Shown piece after piece: positions 26,610 through 40,486 of a stretch of 64,000 bases of DNA (the stretch's first letter is position 1; each line of letters opens with the position of its first letter). The translations under genes and the position numbers were made by a program. A model generated the notes under the pieces. The model made no database searches. It was not told the origin of the DNA and saw only the letters and a program-made list of their open reading frames with translations. This DNA comes from Haliotis rufescens (Eukaryota), in assembly GCF_023055435.1 (NCBI RefSeq), contig NW_025964013.1, positions 2,976,001-3,040,000 of the forward strand, read 5' to 3'.

Positions 26610-27100
26610 ATGAGGGTTGATTGATAACTTCTGAGCCACACATAGTTAAAATTTCGGGAATAGTGAAATCTTTTGTTTTCTACGTTACCTCATAAGCACA
26701 GGAGTCTCTAATGTAAACTGGGATCTGTGAACTTTGGAAATTGAACAAACCTGAGGAACATGTAATGATGAAGTACTTGCGGAAGAAGGGCTTAACACGA
26801 CAAGCCATATATAAAGATATGAGTACAACTCTGGGGAAGGATGACCCTCCTATGCCAACGTCAAGGGGTGGACACTAGAGCTTACGCCTGGCAGGAAGAG
26901 CCTTGAAGACGACCCCGACCTGACAGGCCTGTCATGTCATCAACATTAGAAGAGACTCCACCTTATGTGATGACCGACCGGTGAACCGCTGAACTTTCAT
27001 ATTACTACTTCAGTAGGCATTTGCCAGGAGAGACATTTCATTATCATATGAACTTTGGTAATGAAGAAAGTATCAACTCATTGGGCTCCAAAGTATATAT
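26610..27100 (+). mobile_element. Mariner transposase 5' remnant
   Basis: MKYLRKKGLTRQAIYKDMSTTLGKDD...GRKSLEDDP HTH remnant with frameshifts; TIR-like gagggttgattgataacttctgagcc. Confidence 0.7.
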
Positions 27101-28419
27101 GAAATAGATATCAAAATTGTTGTCCTCAATATGATATTACAAAGATGTTCCTTACTGCGCGTCTTGTTCTCATGCAGATACACGGAGCATTCTCGTATTG
27201 GATGCAGCTCCAGTGCTTGCTCCACATGAAGCGCGAAACTATCGGTAGTTATACCGAGGGAACGTGGGAATTATGTGGAGGATAAGGCACGTTCGAGGGT
27301 TTTTATAATATTTAAAACCCGCATCCGCGGGATAACACCGAGGGTCATTAGCCCCGAGGTTTTATCCAAAGCATAAATGTTTCAAATGTAAAGCTCAAAC
27401 AACCCTCAAAACAACATTTATCAATATTCATGTTTCAAACACACTGTCCATCAACCTTAGGAAACGGGCGTAAAATGTCTGTGGCTGGCGTACGTTCCTT
27501 GACAACGCTTGTGACGTATCAGCGCCTGCCCAGCCTTGGTACACTCACTGGGCTACAGATACGAAGGTTGCGTGCTCAATCCTCGGGCATATACATAAAA
27601 CATTTGTCATTTTATTTTACATTTCAATACATTGTGTTAAAAAGCAAAATATCCCAGGGAATTTGAGAAAATCCCTGTTTATGAGATTTCACCCGACTGG
27701 AAAATAATAGAATGACCTCACTGGAGGTTTGTAACGGGAGAGAATGAGTTCGTATAGCGAGGGAAAACTATATATATGCTTTTTAACGATGGCAGATAGG
27801 AGCTGTCCGTTAATGCATGTTAGGGGGGGGGGGGGGGGACAGTATTGTATTTTAAATACAGAGATAACTTCAAACTAAGACCATCTGCCGACCTGGTTTC
27901 AAACCACTTCTATTCCCCGTGAACATGTACAAGCTATTACCTTGTAGGTACAGGTATGTTGTGAAACAGTTCGATAGCTCTCTGTCGGGATCACATAGCA
28001 TGTTTTGACGTATAATTTGCAGTGCATGTGCAGGTATGTGGTGACACTGACATGTCTAACTGTACTGATGCATGATAGTTAACCTGAACATGTTTGTAAA
28101 TATGCTTAGGAATGAGGATCGCTTAAACTTGTTCTGAAGTATGTCATCTTCACTGGCATTACTAACGTATCGCAAATTACGTTTTGTATGCAAGGGCACT
28201 GTTGGTCCAGTGTAGGGTTGCGTCCCTTAGTTGTGCCAGGATATCTTGGTCATGGATATAGTATTATTTAATGTAAGCAGTTGTGAGGAAGTTACTATAT
28301 TTTGATTCTAGTATGGTGTGTAAACTTCCGGAATACCGTGAACTGTGATAGAGTGTTGTAGAAACGTGAGGAATATTCTGTGATGCGATTACACTGTGTT
28401 TAAATTTCCAGTAGATAGT

Positions 28420-28840
28420 TCAATTCAATTCAATTCTTTATTGTATGAAAGGCCACAGGCCCATATACAACGGAGTTACATAACATATTTTATAAAATAC
28501 AAAGTCAAGGTAACAATTCACTTCGTAACAAAAAAGCATTATGTATGTACAAAGCCAGTTGATGTTGTGTTATATGATCCTTGCAAGACAGTAATGAAGA
28601 CAATCTTTTAGCATTAAAATGAGATAGAGACCACTGCGGTAAGTACTTGTCTCTTAGATTTTCGTATGTAGGGCAAATAAACATGAAATGGTATTCATCT
28701 TCGACAACAATGTCACAAAATGGGCATAATCGTATCGATTTCTCAATAGATGAAAATAGTTACAATGAGTTACACTGTTGGTTTCACACTAATTTCCTTT
28801 ACGTACAGACTTCTGGGTTAACATTTTCTTTCAATTCGGG
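28420..28840 (-). mobile_element. LINE 3' end remnant
   Basis: CPFCDIVVEDEYHFMFICPTY-type Cys/His motif on the minus strand, followed by a (ttgaa)n tail. Confidence 0.6.
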
Positions 28841-30416
28841 AATTGACACGTAACAGAGACATACGTGGGTAATGGTGATCCGTACTGATCTGGAATACCC
28901 ACACGAACACGAGAATGGGGCACTGGTGATCTACACTGACCCCGAATCCCAACGGGAAGAAAAACAATGGGTATTTTGAAGGGCGAGAGCCGCTGAAAAA
29001 AATATTTTACCAACATTGTGATGTGTTAACTTTGTGTGAATGGAAAGCCAAAGTTTTAAAAAAATCGAGAAGACGTTTATGACTTTTGTGTATTTGTCAA
29101 AAAGGCCGCTTTTCTGGGCTCTTGTTTCAAAAGCAGTACACCAGAAACAAATACCTAGTGAATCCATGAACTTTGGCATGACGTCGTGTTGACATTGTGC
29201 CGGCCATAAACTGTGACAGGTATGTCTAAGCCAGTATACCACTTACTCCATTGTGTTTCAGTTGAATATGAATGTCCCGGACAGAATGTTGAAGCCATTT
29301 CCACTTAGTGTTCCTAGAGCGAGTTAGGGTTCCATTTAGAAATCCGAAACAAACTGGCAACTAAGTGCGGGTGCCGGCGGTGTGACAGGTTACACTTCCT
29401 AACAGCTGGTATCATCGCTGATTGATGGTGATTCATAAACACATGCTCGTTATGTAGAATCGTACAACCGACTCTGCTCTCAGCAGAATTTCCTGATGAT
29501 AATGTATGTACACCAGATGACCAAGCATACACCCTGTAGGGGTCAACTCCACCATGAACATCCACGGTGCCCATGCACAATTCGTGAACTATTTGTGTCT
29601 TTGCTTTATCGGTAATTGTTCTCATTATTCGGCTATGAATATCTTCAGGAACTGGCCCTGACTGAACTCAACTGGGACGAACCGACCGCTGATCACCCAT
29701 GTACGTGGTCATCCGGTTTTAACGAGATGTAAGCGGCCAGTATAGCTATAAAATACATTAAATGACTTGTCTGATTGCTGTCATGTTCGTCCTTGTCCGT
29801 TATGTACACATGAACACATAGTTGTAAATAGTATCTGTACAATGCAATCCCTTTATGTCTTTGTCACCTTCGAGTCAATCAACTGGTGAAAAACAGAGTT
29901 ATCCACTGGGCGGAAGAAATGTAGGTTTTTGTATTTCGATTATGTAAAATGCACACTTTGTGGAGAAAGGACAAACAACTCTTCAGGTTATGTGAAGAAG
30001 TGTTAAGAAGATAGAGTTTGCGTGAATGAGAGTGTTTGATTTTACGCCGCTTTTAGCAATATTCCAGCAATATCACGGCGGGGGAAACCAGAAATGGACT
30101 TCACACATTGTTCCCATGTCGGCAATCGAACCCGGGTCTGCGGCGTGCGAGTGAATGCTTTAACCACTCGGCTACCCAGATAGTGTTTGAGATGTGTATT
30201 GCTGACACATGCCTGCTCTCACATGAACATAAAGGTCATGTACATGTCAACATTAAAAACAGAATAATTGTCTTGTCAGTTTGGACAATAGATTCCATAA
30301 AGAAAATTAGATTCACAGGGAGATAAATGAAATTTTATTGCAAGATATTTGAACGCAGTTTTCTTCTTGCATTAGCAGGAGGCACTAAAATGGTTGGAAA
30401 AGTAGGGGAAAATATC

Positions 30417-32263
30417 ATGTGGATAGAGCAGGGGACAATAATAGCATGGTGGATAAAGCTGGGTAAAATGAAAGCATGGTGGATAAAGCAGGTTGCGATA
30501 ATAACATGGTGGATAAAGCAGGGGACAATAACAGCGTGGTGGATAAAGCAGGGGACAATAATAGCGTAGTGGATAAAGCAGGGGACAATAACGGCATGGT
30601 GGATAAAGCAGGGGACAATAACAGCATGGTGGGTAAAGCAGGGGGCAATAACAGCGTGGTGGATAAAGCAGGGGACAATAACGGCATGGTGGATAAAGCA
30701 GGGGACAATAACAGCGTGGTGGACAAAGAAGGGGACAATAACAGCGTGGTGGATAAAGCAGGGGACAATAACAGCGTGGTGGACAAAGAAGGGGACAATA
30801 ATATCGTAGTGGGTAAAGCAGGGGACAATAACAGCGTGGTGGATAAAGCAGGGGACAATAACAGCGTGGTGGGTAAAGCAGGGGACAATAACAGCATGGT
30901 GGATAAAGCAGGGGACAATAACAGCGTGGTGGACAAAGCAGGGGACAATAACAGCGTGGTGGACAAAGAAGGGGACAATAACAGCGTGGTGGATAAAGCA
31001 GGGGACAATAACAGCGTGGTGGACAAAGAAGGGGACAATAACAGCGTGGTGGACAAAGAAGGGGACAATAACAGCGTGGTGGACAAAGAAGGGGACAATA
31101 ACAGCGTGGTGGACAAAGAAGGGGACAATAACAGCGTGGTGGACAAAGAAGGGGACAATAACAGCGTGGTGGACAAAGCAGGGGACAATAACAGCGTGGT
31201 GGACAAAGAAGGGGACAATAACAGCGTGGTGGATAAAGCAGGGGACAATAACAGCGTGGTGGACAAAGAAGGGGACAATAACAGCGTGGTGGATAAAGCA
31301 GGGGACAATAACAGCGTGGTGGACAAAGAAGGGGACAATAACAGCGTGGTGGACAAAGAAGGGGACAATAACAGCGTGGTGGACAAAGAAGGGGACAATA
31401 ACAGCGTGGTGGACAAAGAAGGGGACAATAACAGCGTGGTGGATAAAGCAGGGGACAATAATATCGTAGTGGGTAAAGCAGGGGACAATAACAGCGTGGT
31501 GGATAAAGCAGGGGACAATAACAGCGTGGTGGACAAAGAAGGGGACAATAACAGCGTGGTGGACAAAGCAGGGGACAATAACAGCGTGGTGGACAAAGAA
31601 GGGGACAATAACAGCGTGGTGGATAAAGCAGGGGACAATAACAGCGAGGTGGATAATAGCGTGGTTGATAAAGCAGGGGACAATAACAGCGTGGTTGATA
31701 AAGCCGGGGACAATCATACCGTGGTGGATAAAGCTGGGGACAATTATAGCGTGGTTGATAAAACAGGGGACAATGAAAGTGTGGGGGACAAAGTAGGGGA
31801 CAATTATACTGTGGTGGATAAAAAGCAGGGGACAAAAACAGCGTGGTGGATAAAGCAGGTGACAATAATAGCGTGGTGGATAAAGCAGGGGACAATACCG
31901 TGGTGGATAAAGCAGGGGACAATACCGTGGTGGATAAAGCAGGGGACAATACCGTGGTGGATAAAGCAGGGGACAATACCGTGGTGGATAAAGCAGGGGA
32001 CAATACCGTGGTGGATAAAGCAGGGGACAATACCGTGGTGGATAAAGCAGGGGACAATACCGTGGTGGATAAAGCAGGGGACAATACCGTGGTGGATAAA
32101 GCAGGGGACAATACCGTGGTGGATAAAGCAGGGGACCATACCGTGGTGGATAAAGCAGGGGACGATACCGTGGTGGATAAAGCAGGGGACAATACCGTGG
32201 TGGATAAAGCAGGGGACAATACCGTGGTGGATAAAGCAGGGGACAATACCCGGGTGGATAAAG
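30417..32263. repeat. Minisatellite: ~40 x 30-bp units switching to ~14 x 27-bp units
   Basis: gtggtggataaagcaggggacaataacagc then gtggtggataaagcaggggacaatacc. Confidence 0.97.
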
Positions 32264-32379
32264 CGAGCGGACCCTGGGTATGATACAGATGGGAACCAAT
32301 CATTCCAACATTGCTATAACTTTTGATTGCTCCCGCTATGCTGTATCTAACCTGATGTAACGTTACAAACAGATAGGGG

Positions 32380-33260
32380 AGACATCAGGCATCCATGCCC
32401 TCCAAGAAGAATGGCGACGTATCCCGCGTGACTACATCTGGCAACTGACTTTTTCTGTGTGCCGGAGAGTTCTTGTCTTGTAGCAGGGGGTAGTCTTACA
32501 CGCTATTAATGTGACGTGTCAATGAACTTGGGCGATTTTAGATGTGTTTGCCGTTACAATAACAGTTTGCCGTTTGTCCATTACCATGAATACTTGTTTT
32601 TGCTAAGCCACATCAATTTGGGCAACTGGCATGCCAACATCGGATGCTGCATGACTGTCATTTTCAATGTTGATATCGTTGAGATTTGGATCTTTTTAAT
32701 ACCTTTTGTTTCATGCATCTATCTTTGTTTGTTTTTTAATCAAGAGTGATTTAAAACCGTGGTAAAAATTATTTTGGCTGTAGGTCTATGATGTGTAGAT
32801 TAACGACCTTATCTTAATGTAACAGAAATCGCTTTTCTGTCCCATGGTATATTAATGTGAGGCACACCTAGCTTTCAGCTGTTGTTCTTGTGACAGAATA
32901 TATTTAGAGGTCATGCTAGACTGATAAACGGGCCTTCATAAATGACTTTAAGATGTGAACAATATCCCAGTCTATTATTTACAGACCAGCATGGCGCGCA
33001 AACAGAACATCTAAGGGCGTTAGTATATTTTCTCTCACCTGTGACACTCCCATGGAAACGATGCAGTGGCGTTTTAGGGGCCAATATGATCCCGCCCCAT
33101 ATCGTCAAACCTACGCCCAAGTCAGTCGTGTTCGTTAAGACACGACCCCGGAGTTCATCTCAACTCAGATAATTACACGCGACTTTCGTCGATTCCCTCA
33201 GTTTCTACGCTCCAAACACCATTGGCGCCTGGTCAGAATGTGTCGATTTGTTAACGGTGA
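32380..33260. mobile_element. Tc1 transposase remnants in both orientations
   Basis: LQEEWRRIPRDYI on the plus strand; IWGGII..KTPLHRFHGSVTGE and DESR on the minus strand. Confidence 0.6.
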
Positions 33261-36200
33261 TACACGTGTTCGCTGAGCATGCAGATTAGTTTCCAGCAAA
33301 CGATTTCAAATCGTCAGGTCAGAAACGTTAACTCCGGTGGCCTGGAGCAAGTGTGGCTATTTGGGCTCGATTTCTTTAAACCTAGTTTCTGATTTATCGA
33401 GCCTTGACTTGTGTTCTTGACCCAGAGCGCCCTGTGCAGAGCGTATCATTAACATTTTGGTGTCTGCAGAAACGTTTCTGCAAAACACAGACTGAGTCAC
33501 ATCAACCATATAAGCTACTCACGCGTTCTAAATGTTTGAGGGGGCACGTATGGCCCAGTCGTCTCAGGCGCCGCGATTCGCCGTGCAAAGCTGCGTCCCT
33601 AAACGTTTAGAGACCTGCATCACTTCGGGCTTTCCACCCACATTAAGCTGACATGCCGCGATATAACTGGAATACTGTTAAAAGCGGCTATAAACCCAAC
33701 TATCTCACTCACTCACTCGACAGTAGTCCTTAGGCCTTCATCGTATCCCTAATCTGTTGAGACGGGCGAACACTTTAACCACTGGACTACCAAACCGCCC
33801 CTCTGGTTCTTTAAAGGGGATGTAACCGAAAACAGATTTACCCTTCTTTTCACACTATTCCAACCTAATATAGCTGGTGAGTAAGAAAAGTGCTGGGCCG
33901 TTCTGTATGCCATGTAATAGGATCGTGTGGTGCGAAAAGGTGACACGGTATATAACCGTATTCGAATTGCGTTGATCGATACTCATGGCATCAATCACTG
34001 AAGTTTCTGGCCAAGATTCGATGAATTTGCAGATCGCCATCTTATAGCTGGGATATTGCTGAGAGCCGCGTTGAACACCAAACAAGCATGCAACATTCTG
34101 ATTAGTGAAATATGATTAAAATCAGATATAGCAAGGTTAACCAAACAAACAAGCAAAAGAAGTCATCAGACAGCTACTATGTTGTGTAGTTATCTGAATC
34201 CCCATCACTGCTGACACATACAGACGTGAATGAATCTTAGATAGCATGTCGGAATTTCATATTCAAATATTTTAAAAACTCAGATATTATATAGACGTTG
34301 ACACTAATATGATCCGACTGGTTTACCTGATATCAGCATCTGTCTGTCATGACAACGTATTACACTGTCCTCCTTGGTAATAGTCAATACTGCCGTTTGA
34401 AGCTCTTTAATGAACAATCATCATTATAAGTATTCAACTGCGGAGAACAAACCAAACTTCGTTATTGCAATGAATGCAACGTTCCGGTGTAGAAACTGAT
34501 ATCAGTATCCAGCGAAAGATTACAGAAATGTGATGTGGGAAGGTGTAAATGTAGATAATTGATGTTTATACGAGGTGGAATGGTGATAGATTGATGATTA
34601 ACAACAGATAAGGTTGACATGTTAGCCTGATTGATGTACATTTTAGACTAAATAGGACATACAATATTTTATTTATGATGAAGGATCACATGACACTGGT
34701 TTACCCTGCGACAATAAATATAACACAACTGTTCTCACGTGTAGCAGTATTATCTAGTTAACAATAGAATATAAATGACAAGCGCAATTATTAACACATT
34801 TCGTCATTCCTGTTTGCTGAATAATACTTTCAATGGTTTCTGGTACAGATGACCATGGACATTATTAACACATTTCGTCATTCCTGTTTGCTGAATAATA
34901 CTTTCAATGTTTTTTGGAACAGAGGACCAAGGACATTTTAAAAAAATGAAGTTGTCACATCGAGTCTCCATTGACATTTTCAGTATCCGGTATGAATGTG
35001 TGAACATTATCAAAAACAGTTAAACACATTTGTTCTTGTTATTGTCACAGATGTTCGCCACAGTGACACATTGTTCCTGAAACACGTTCCAGGATGATTG
35101 GGCTGATATGCCACGAGGAGCAGCAATCAGTCGACAGCAGGTGTCATCAGGAAAGTGCTTCCTCAGGTGTCATACGGACAATTATTTCAATCAATGGAAC
35201 GAACAACGCACATGGACAAGCACCGAGTGCATTACGAAGACGCGCTAGCCAATGACCATAACCCCATGTCCAGGTCATGTGTGACATGGCTAGGATCCAA
35301 CACATAGCACAGTGGACAACAAAAATTGAGTGAAACCATATTCTTTGCGATAGTTACTAAGCTACCGGCGATGTTGCCTTTGTTGTATACAATGTAGCCC
35401 CGTTAATCCAGACTTGACCTACCACGATTTGTTTGCTTGTTGATTTATCTGTTGTTTTACGCCTCACTCAGCAATATTTCACCTATATAATGACAGTCTG
35501 TAAATAATTGAATCAGGACCAGACGACCCAGTGACTGACATCATGATCATCAATCTATGCAATTTTGGTACGATCATGCTCAAATAATTGCTATAGGTTG
35601 ATTTATTTTAGGATGATGGGTATATATTTTTGTTTTAATACAAATACTGTAAAACATATGTCCAGAAGCCGAGGTTAATTAGGTCCGTGTTGCTGTTTAC
35701 AATACACTTACAAACCCAAGTTCGTCAATAATTGGGGACGGTTAGGTAACCTAGTGGCTAAAGCGTTCTCTCGTCACTCCGAAGACCCTGGTTCGATTAG
35801 CCACATGGGTACAATGCGTGAAGCCCATTTCTGGTGTCCCCCGTCGTGATATTGCTGAGATTTGCACGTGTGTCTAAAAACACGTGGCAAACATCAACCA
35901 AGCTGATGCGCCCCAAAACACTCAGTCACTGTCTGATTCCATCACGGTTGAACCTATCATATATAACTGTCTATGTCCTATGCCCTCATGAAACATTTTA
36001 AACATTGATGACAACTTCTTTATTCTATTATGATGCGACGTTTCGTTAACAGAATTTTACTGTTTCTTACCAACTTCTAAACATGCAAATCAAACATGTT
36101 AAGACAGGCAATGTATCACAGATGAAAATAACGGAGAACATGAGGACGAACATCAAAACGTCAAAGTTCAACGGATTTTCATATCCCGAGTTCAAACAAG

Positions 36201-37197
36201 AGGGCAGCAAAATTCGTAGAAACCTACATCCGGGAACTGTTGTGACACCCGACGTCCCAGACACAGGTGGGCGTGTCCTGGCAAGTCGAACCTAACAAGG
36301 ACTATGATTCAATTACAGAATAGTAACTTGAATCAAATTTGTTTTATTCAGGAACAATTGCAAAGTTTACATCAATGGGGAAACGAATCGCCACTTGACA
36401 TAGCTGATAGGGAGGCAGTCTTCATCTGAAATTCTGGATCCCGTCTTCAAAGCTGTCAGTCTCTGTATAACTTGGTATCGATGCATCACGACCGTTTGGG
36501 AGTGATTTAACAAAGACCGTTCTAATTCTTCTTGCCCTTGTTTTGATCCTTTTCGCCAATCTAGTGTTAGTTGTGACAAGTTTTGTTGTACCTAGAACAC
36601 ACGCACATCATGTATCACATGTATCAGAGTAAATTTGATCTAGCTCGTATCTGAAACAAACGACTGTTTATTGTATATATCAATGTCCTCAGCATTCGGC
36701 AGTGCAACTAGACATTGCGCAGTGTACAAATCTACAATCTAAAGCGTATTAAACCAAACATTTTGCAATTGTTAGAATGACCGAAATCAATTAATGCCGT
36801 AAGGTTCGGAACAATACGATGATATGGTTACAGGCATTCTACAGGACGTAGGTTCAGAGATCTAAATGTGGTAAGAGATCCATGTAAAGGGAGAACTAAA
36901 ATGTGGTTAATTAAGAATTGACCTTCACTTTGTGTGAGTTCATTGGAGTATGAACCTGCATAGAGTGAGGGCCAAACTGTATGAACGTCGGAGCTTGCGT
37001 CAGTGTTTACGTCATTTCAAGAACACGGTCTCGTGAAAAACGTATGAACGTCAAATTGTGTCGTTCATATACTTATGAACGTCATTTTCGCGGTCATGAG
37101 ACCGACCTCTCGTCTAATGGAAAAGCCGTATATCGTGTAAACTTCAAATTAAAAAATTATAGATATATGTACAGAGAACACACACGTGGTTAACGAT

Positions 37198-38087
37198 GTG
37201 GTTTAAACTTATCTATTTTCACAAAAATGTGAAAATTGATTGGTAAACAAGCGAAGAGCTTATGTTAATACCGCTCCATTACACATAGGACATATTACAA
37301 CAAATACATCAGTGAAGGTTAGATGTAGCAAATGAACTGTCGTGCCAAGCTAGATGTGTATACATAATAAATCTATTAGCAGTAAATATTAAACAATTCA
37401 TTTAACTGAAAATCTGGCAGATTTTTATATAAACTTTTGAATAGAATCTAATATTAAGATTTGCTCTTCCTTACTCAAATACGAATTTCAGCATAGCACT
37501 GTTTGTAAAGGATAACCAAGTTGGTAAAAATACATTTCATTTCGAAGAACATAGTAATTTGTACGCACAAAAAAGAAGTCTAGAGCATTTCGGGTATGAT
37601 ATCCACAGGAACATGTTTTTGTATCCAAGATATATCTATTATACTAATCTGCGTTAAGATCGCCTGAGGCGACTGTGAATGATTTGACATAATCTGCTTC
37701 CATAATTTAAATCCAAGTTTATACCATTACCTCCCTTTACGTGAAGCAAATTCTTGAATTGTGTAACGGTCTCTGTTCTCGTTAGGTTTTCTGGTAACAT
37801 ATTCCAGAGTTGTAGCTGGTGTAAATGAATCTGCATAAACTTTTGTTTAAAATTTATACTTCACTGTTTGAAGATTAGTTTTATCCCTTAAGTCTTAATT
37901 TGTGTTTTCCGAAACTGTATAAGGAATAAACCTACACAGATATTCCGGGGATAAATGGTTATTCATTTTGTAAAACATTACCAGTTTTAAATTGCATCTT
38001 CTGTCTTTTAATGACTTACAATTTGTTTCATTGTAAATCTTCTGATGACTCGTACCCCTGACAGCGCCACATATGGTTCTAAGAGTA
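37198..38087 (-). mobile_element. 5'-truncated LINE (CR1/L2-like 3' end) inserted in a satellite
   Basis: RTICGAVRGTSHQKIYNE..LKDRR..KLVMFYKM..LSPEYL; flanking 11-bp repeat tggttaacgat. Confidence 0.75.
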
Positions 38088-38712
38088 TGGTTAACGATAT
38101 GTGCAGAGAGAACAAACACGAGGTTAAAGATATATGTACAGAGAGAACAAACACGAGGTTAAAGATATATGTACAGAGAGAACAAACACGAGGTTAAAGA
38201 TATATGTACAGAGAGAACAAACATATGGTCAACTATATCTATATACAGAGCACAAACACTAGGTTAAAGATATACCTACAGAGTAAAAACACGAGGTTAA
38301 AGATATATGTGCAGAGAGAACAAACACATGGTGAAAGATATATGTACAGTGAACAAACACGTGGTTAAAGATATATGTACAGAGAGATCAAACACATGGT
38401 CAAATATATCTATATACAGAGCACAAACACGTGGTTAAAGATATATGTACAGAGAGATCAAACACGTGGTTAAAGATATATGTGTAGAGAATAAACACGT
38501 GGTTAAAGATATATGAACAGAGAGAACAAACACGTGGTTAAAGATATATGTGTAGAGAACAAACACCTGGTTAAAGATATATGTGTAGAGAACAAACACG
38601 TGGTTAAAGATATATGTACAGAGAGATCAAACACGTGGTTAAAGACATATGTACTGAGAGACCAAACACGTGGTTAAAGATATATGTACAGAGAGAACAA
38701 ACACGTGGTTAA
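38088..38712. repeat. ~36-40-bp minisatellite
   Basis: aaacacgtggttaaagatatatgtacagagagaac units. Confidence 0.9.
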
Positions 38713-39484
38713 GGATACTGAAATGTTAAAAACGGAGGCCATGTGCAAGCATCATAAATTGTCAGTGTTTTATACTCACTCCTTAACCACAACGATGTCA
38801 CTGTGGTAACACACATGGCAATAACCAAAGCTGTATATCTGAAACCGATATAAGAATATACAAGTGAGTAAATGTATTTATTAGTTGGATAGAAATACGT
38901 CACTCTACAGATTTACAATACTAAAAGAGCTATACTTACAGGTTCTTCATTGCGCAGCTTCCAATCGTTACTTGCTACCAGCAACCGATGAATACAATCA
39001 GAAACCAAACCAAAAAATCGCGTGAATCAACAGTGATATCAAATCAGCACTCCTTTCAATGAGCTGACACCTCCACCCATCACTCTCCCTGGGTGTGACA
39101 CAACTCGTGTACAAAGTCTGCGGCACTGCCTGGGGGTAGTTCCGGCATCACAATGATCATCAACTGCACTGATTCCTGTGTCCCGTTAACCCCGTGGGGA
39201 TTCCGGGTTGAAGTAGGACCCTAGTCTGTCACAAGACCCTGAAACAAATATTTCCAATACAGCACATGCAAATCTATAATGTTTGGCAAGTCTAAATTAC
39301 TGCAGTATCGGGAAATGAAGAAAGTCTCTGGGGTCCTTATCATTATATTTTATTACTATAATTTAACAACTGTTTTTTTCTGTATAATATGGTTATTTCA
39401 GAGAATAGACGTTAGTCTAGTAGGGCCCGGCAACTGATGCTGGTCGTAAGAGGCGACTGTATGGATAGCTTGACCATCTTTAGC

Positions 39485-40340
39485 CATCTGTTTGTACTCT
39501 CTGTATCTATATCTTTACCCATATGTTTGTTTGTACCTATATCTTTACCCACGTGTTTGTTTGTATCAACATCTTTACCCATATGTTTGTTTGTATCAAC
39601 ATCTTTACCCATGTGTCTGTACTCTCTGTATCTATATCTTTACCCACGTGTTTGTTTGTATCAACATCTTTACCCATGTGTTTGTTTGTATCAACATCAT
39701 TACCCATGTGTCTGTACTCTCTGTATCTATATCTTTACCCACGTGTTTGTTTGTATCAACATCTTTACCAATGTGTTTGTTTGTATCAACATCTTTACCC
39801 ATGTGTCTGTACTCTCTGTATCTATATCTTTACCCACGTGTTTGTTTGTATCAACATCTTTACCCATGTGTCTGTACTCTCTGTATCTATATCTTTACCC
39901 ACGTGTTTGTTTGTATCAACATCTTTACCCATGTGTTTGTTTGTATCAACATCTTTACCCATGTGTCTGTACTCTCTGTATCTATATCTTTACCCACGTG
40001 TTGGTTTGTATCAACATCTTTACCAATGTGTTTGTTTGTATCAACATCTTTACCCATGTGTCTGTACTCTCTGTATCTATATCTTTACCCACGTGTTTGT
40101 TTGTATCAACATCTTTACCCATGTGTCTGTACTCTCTGTATCTATATCTTTACCCACGTGTTTGTTTGTATCAACATCTTTACCCATGTGTTTGTTTGTA
40201 TCAACATCTTTAGCCATGTGTTTGTTTGTATCAACATCTTTACCAATGTGTTTGCTGGTGCCTATATCTTTACCTATGTGTTTGTACTCTCTGTAGCTGT
40301 ATCTTTAACCATGTGGTGTTTTGTATCTACATCTTTAAGC
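39485..40340. repeat. Compound 30/40-bp minisatellite, inverted relative of the 38.1-38.7 kb array
   Basis: atctttacccatgtgtttgtttgtatcaac / atctttacccatgtgtctgtactctctgtatctat. Confidence 0.9.
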
Positions 40341-40486
40341 ACCTACACATTTTGGAGAAAATCACTGGCAAGAAGAACAAGAAAGTCCTTTGTTGTCCAT
40401 TGTCACGCGTAATAACAGAGTCTGGCAGTTTCGAAGATGGGATCCAGAATTTATGATGCAGATTGATCACTAACTGCTTCACTGAT

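Noticed and set aside
30335-32326. 600+ aa ORFs on both strands
   Set aside because: Products of a 30/27-bp tandem repeat; no signal peptide, splice context or unique domain
34788-34910. ~73-bp local tandem duplication; poly-G at 27823-27838
   Set aside because: Ordinary slippage features with no functional evidence
39437-40412. Three overlapping 257-306 aa ORFs
   Set aside because: Satellite translations in all three frames
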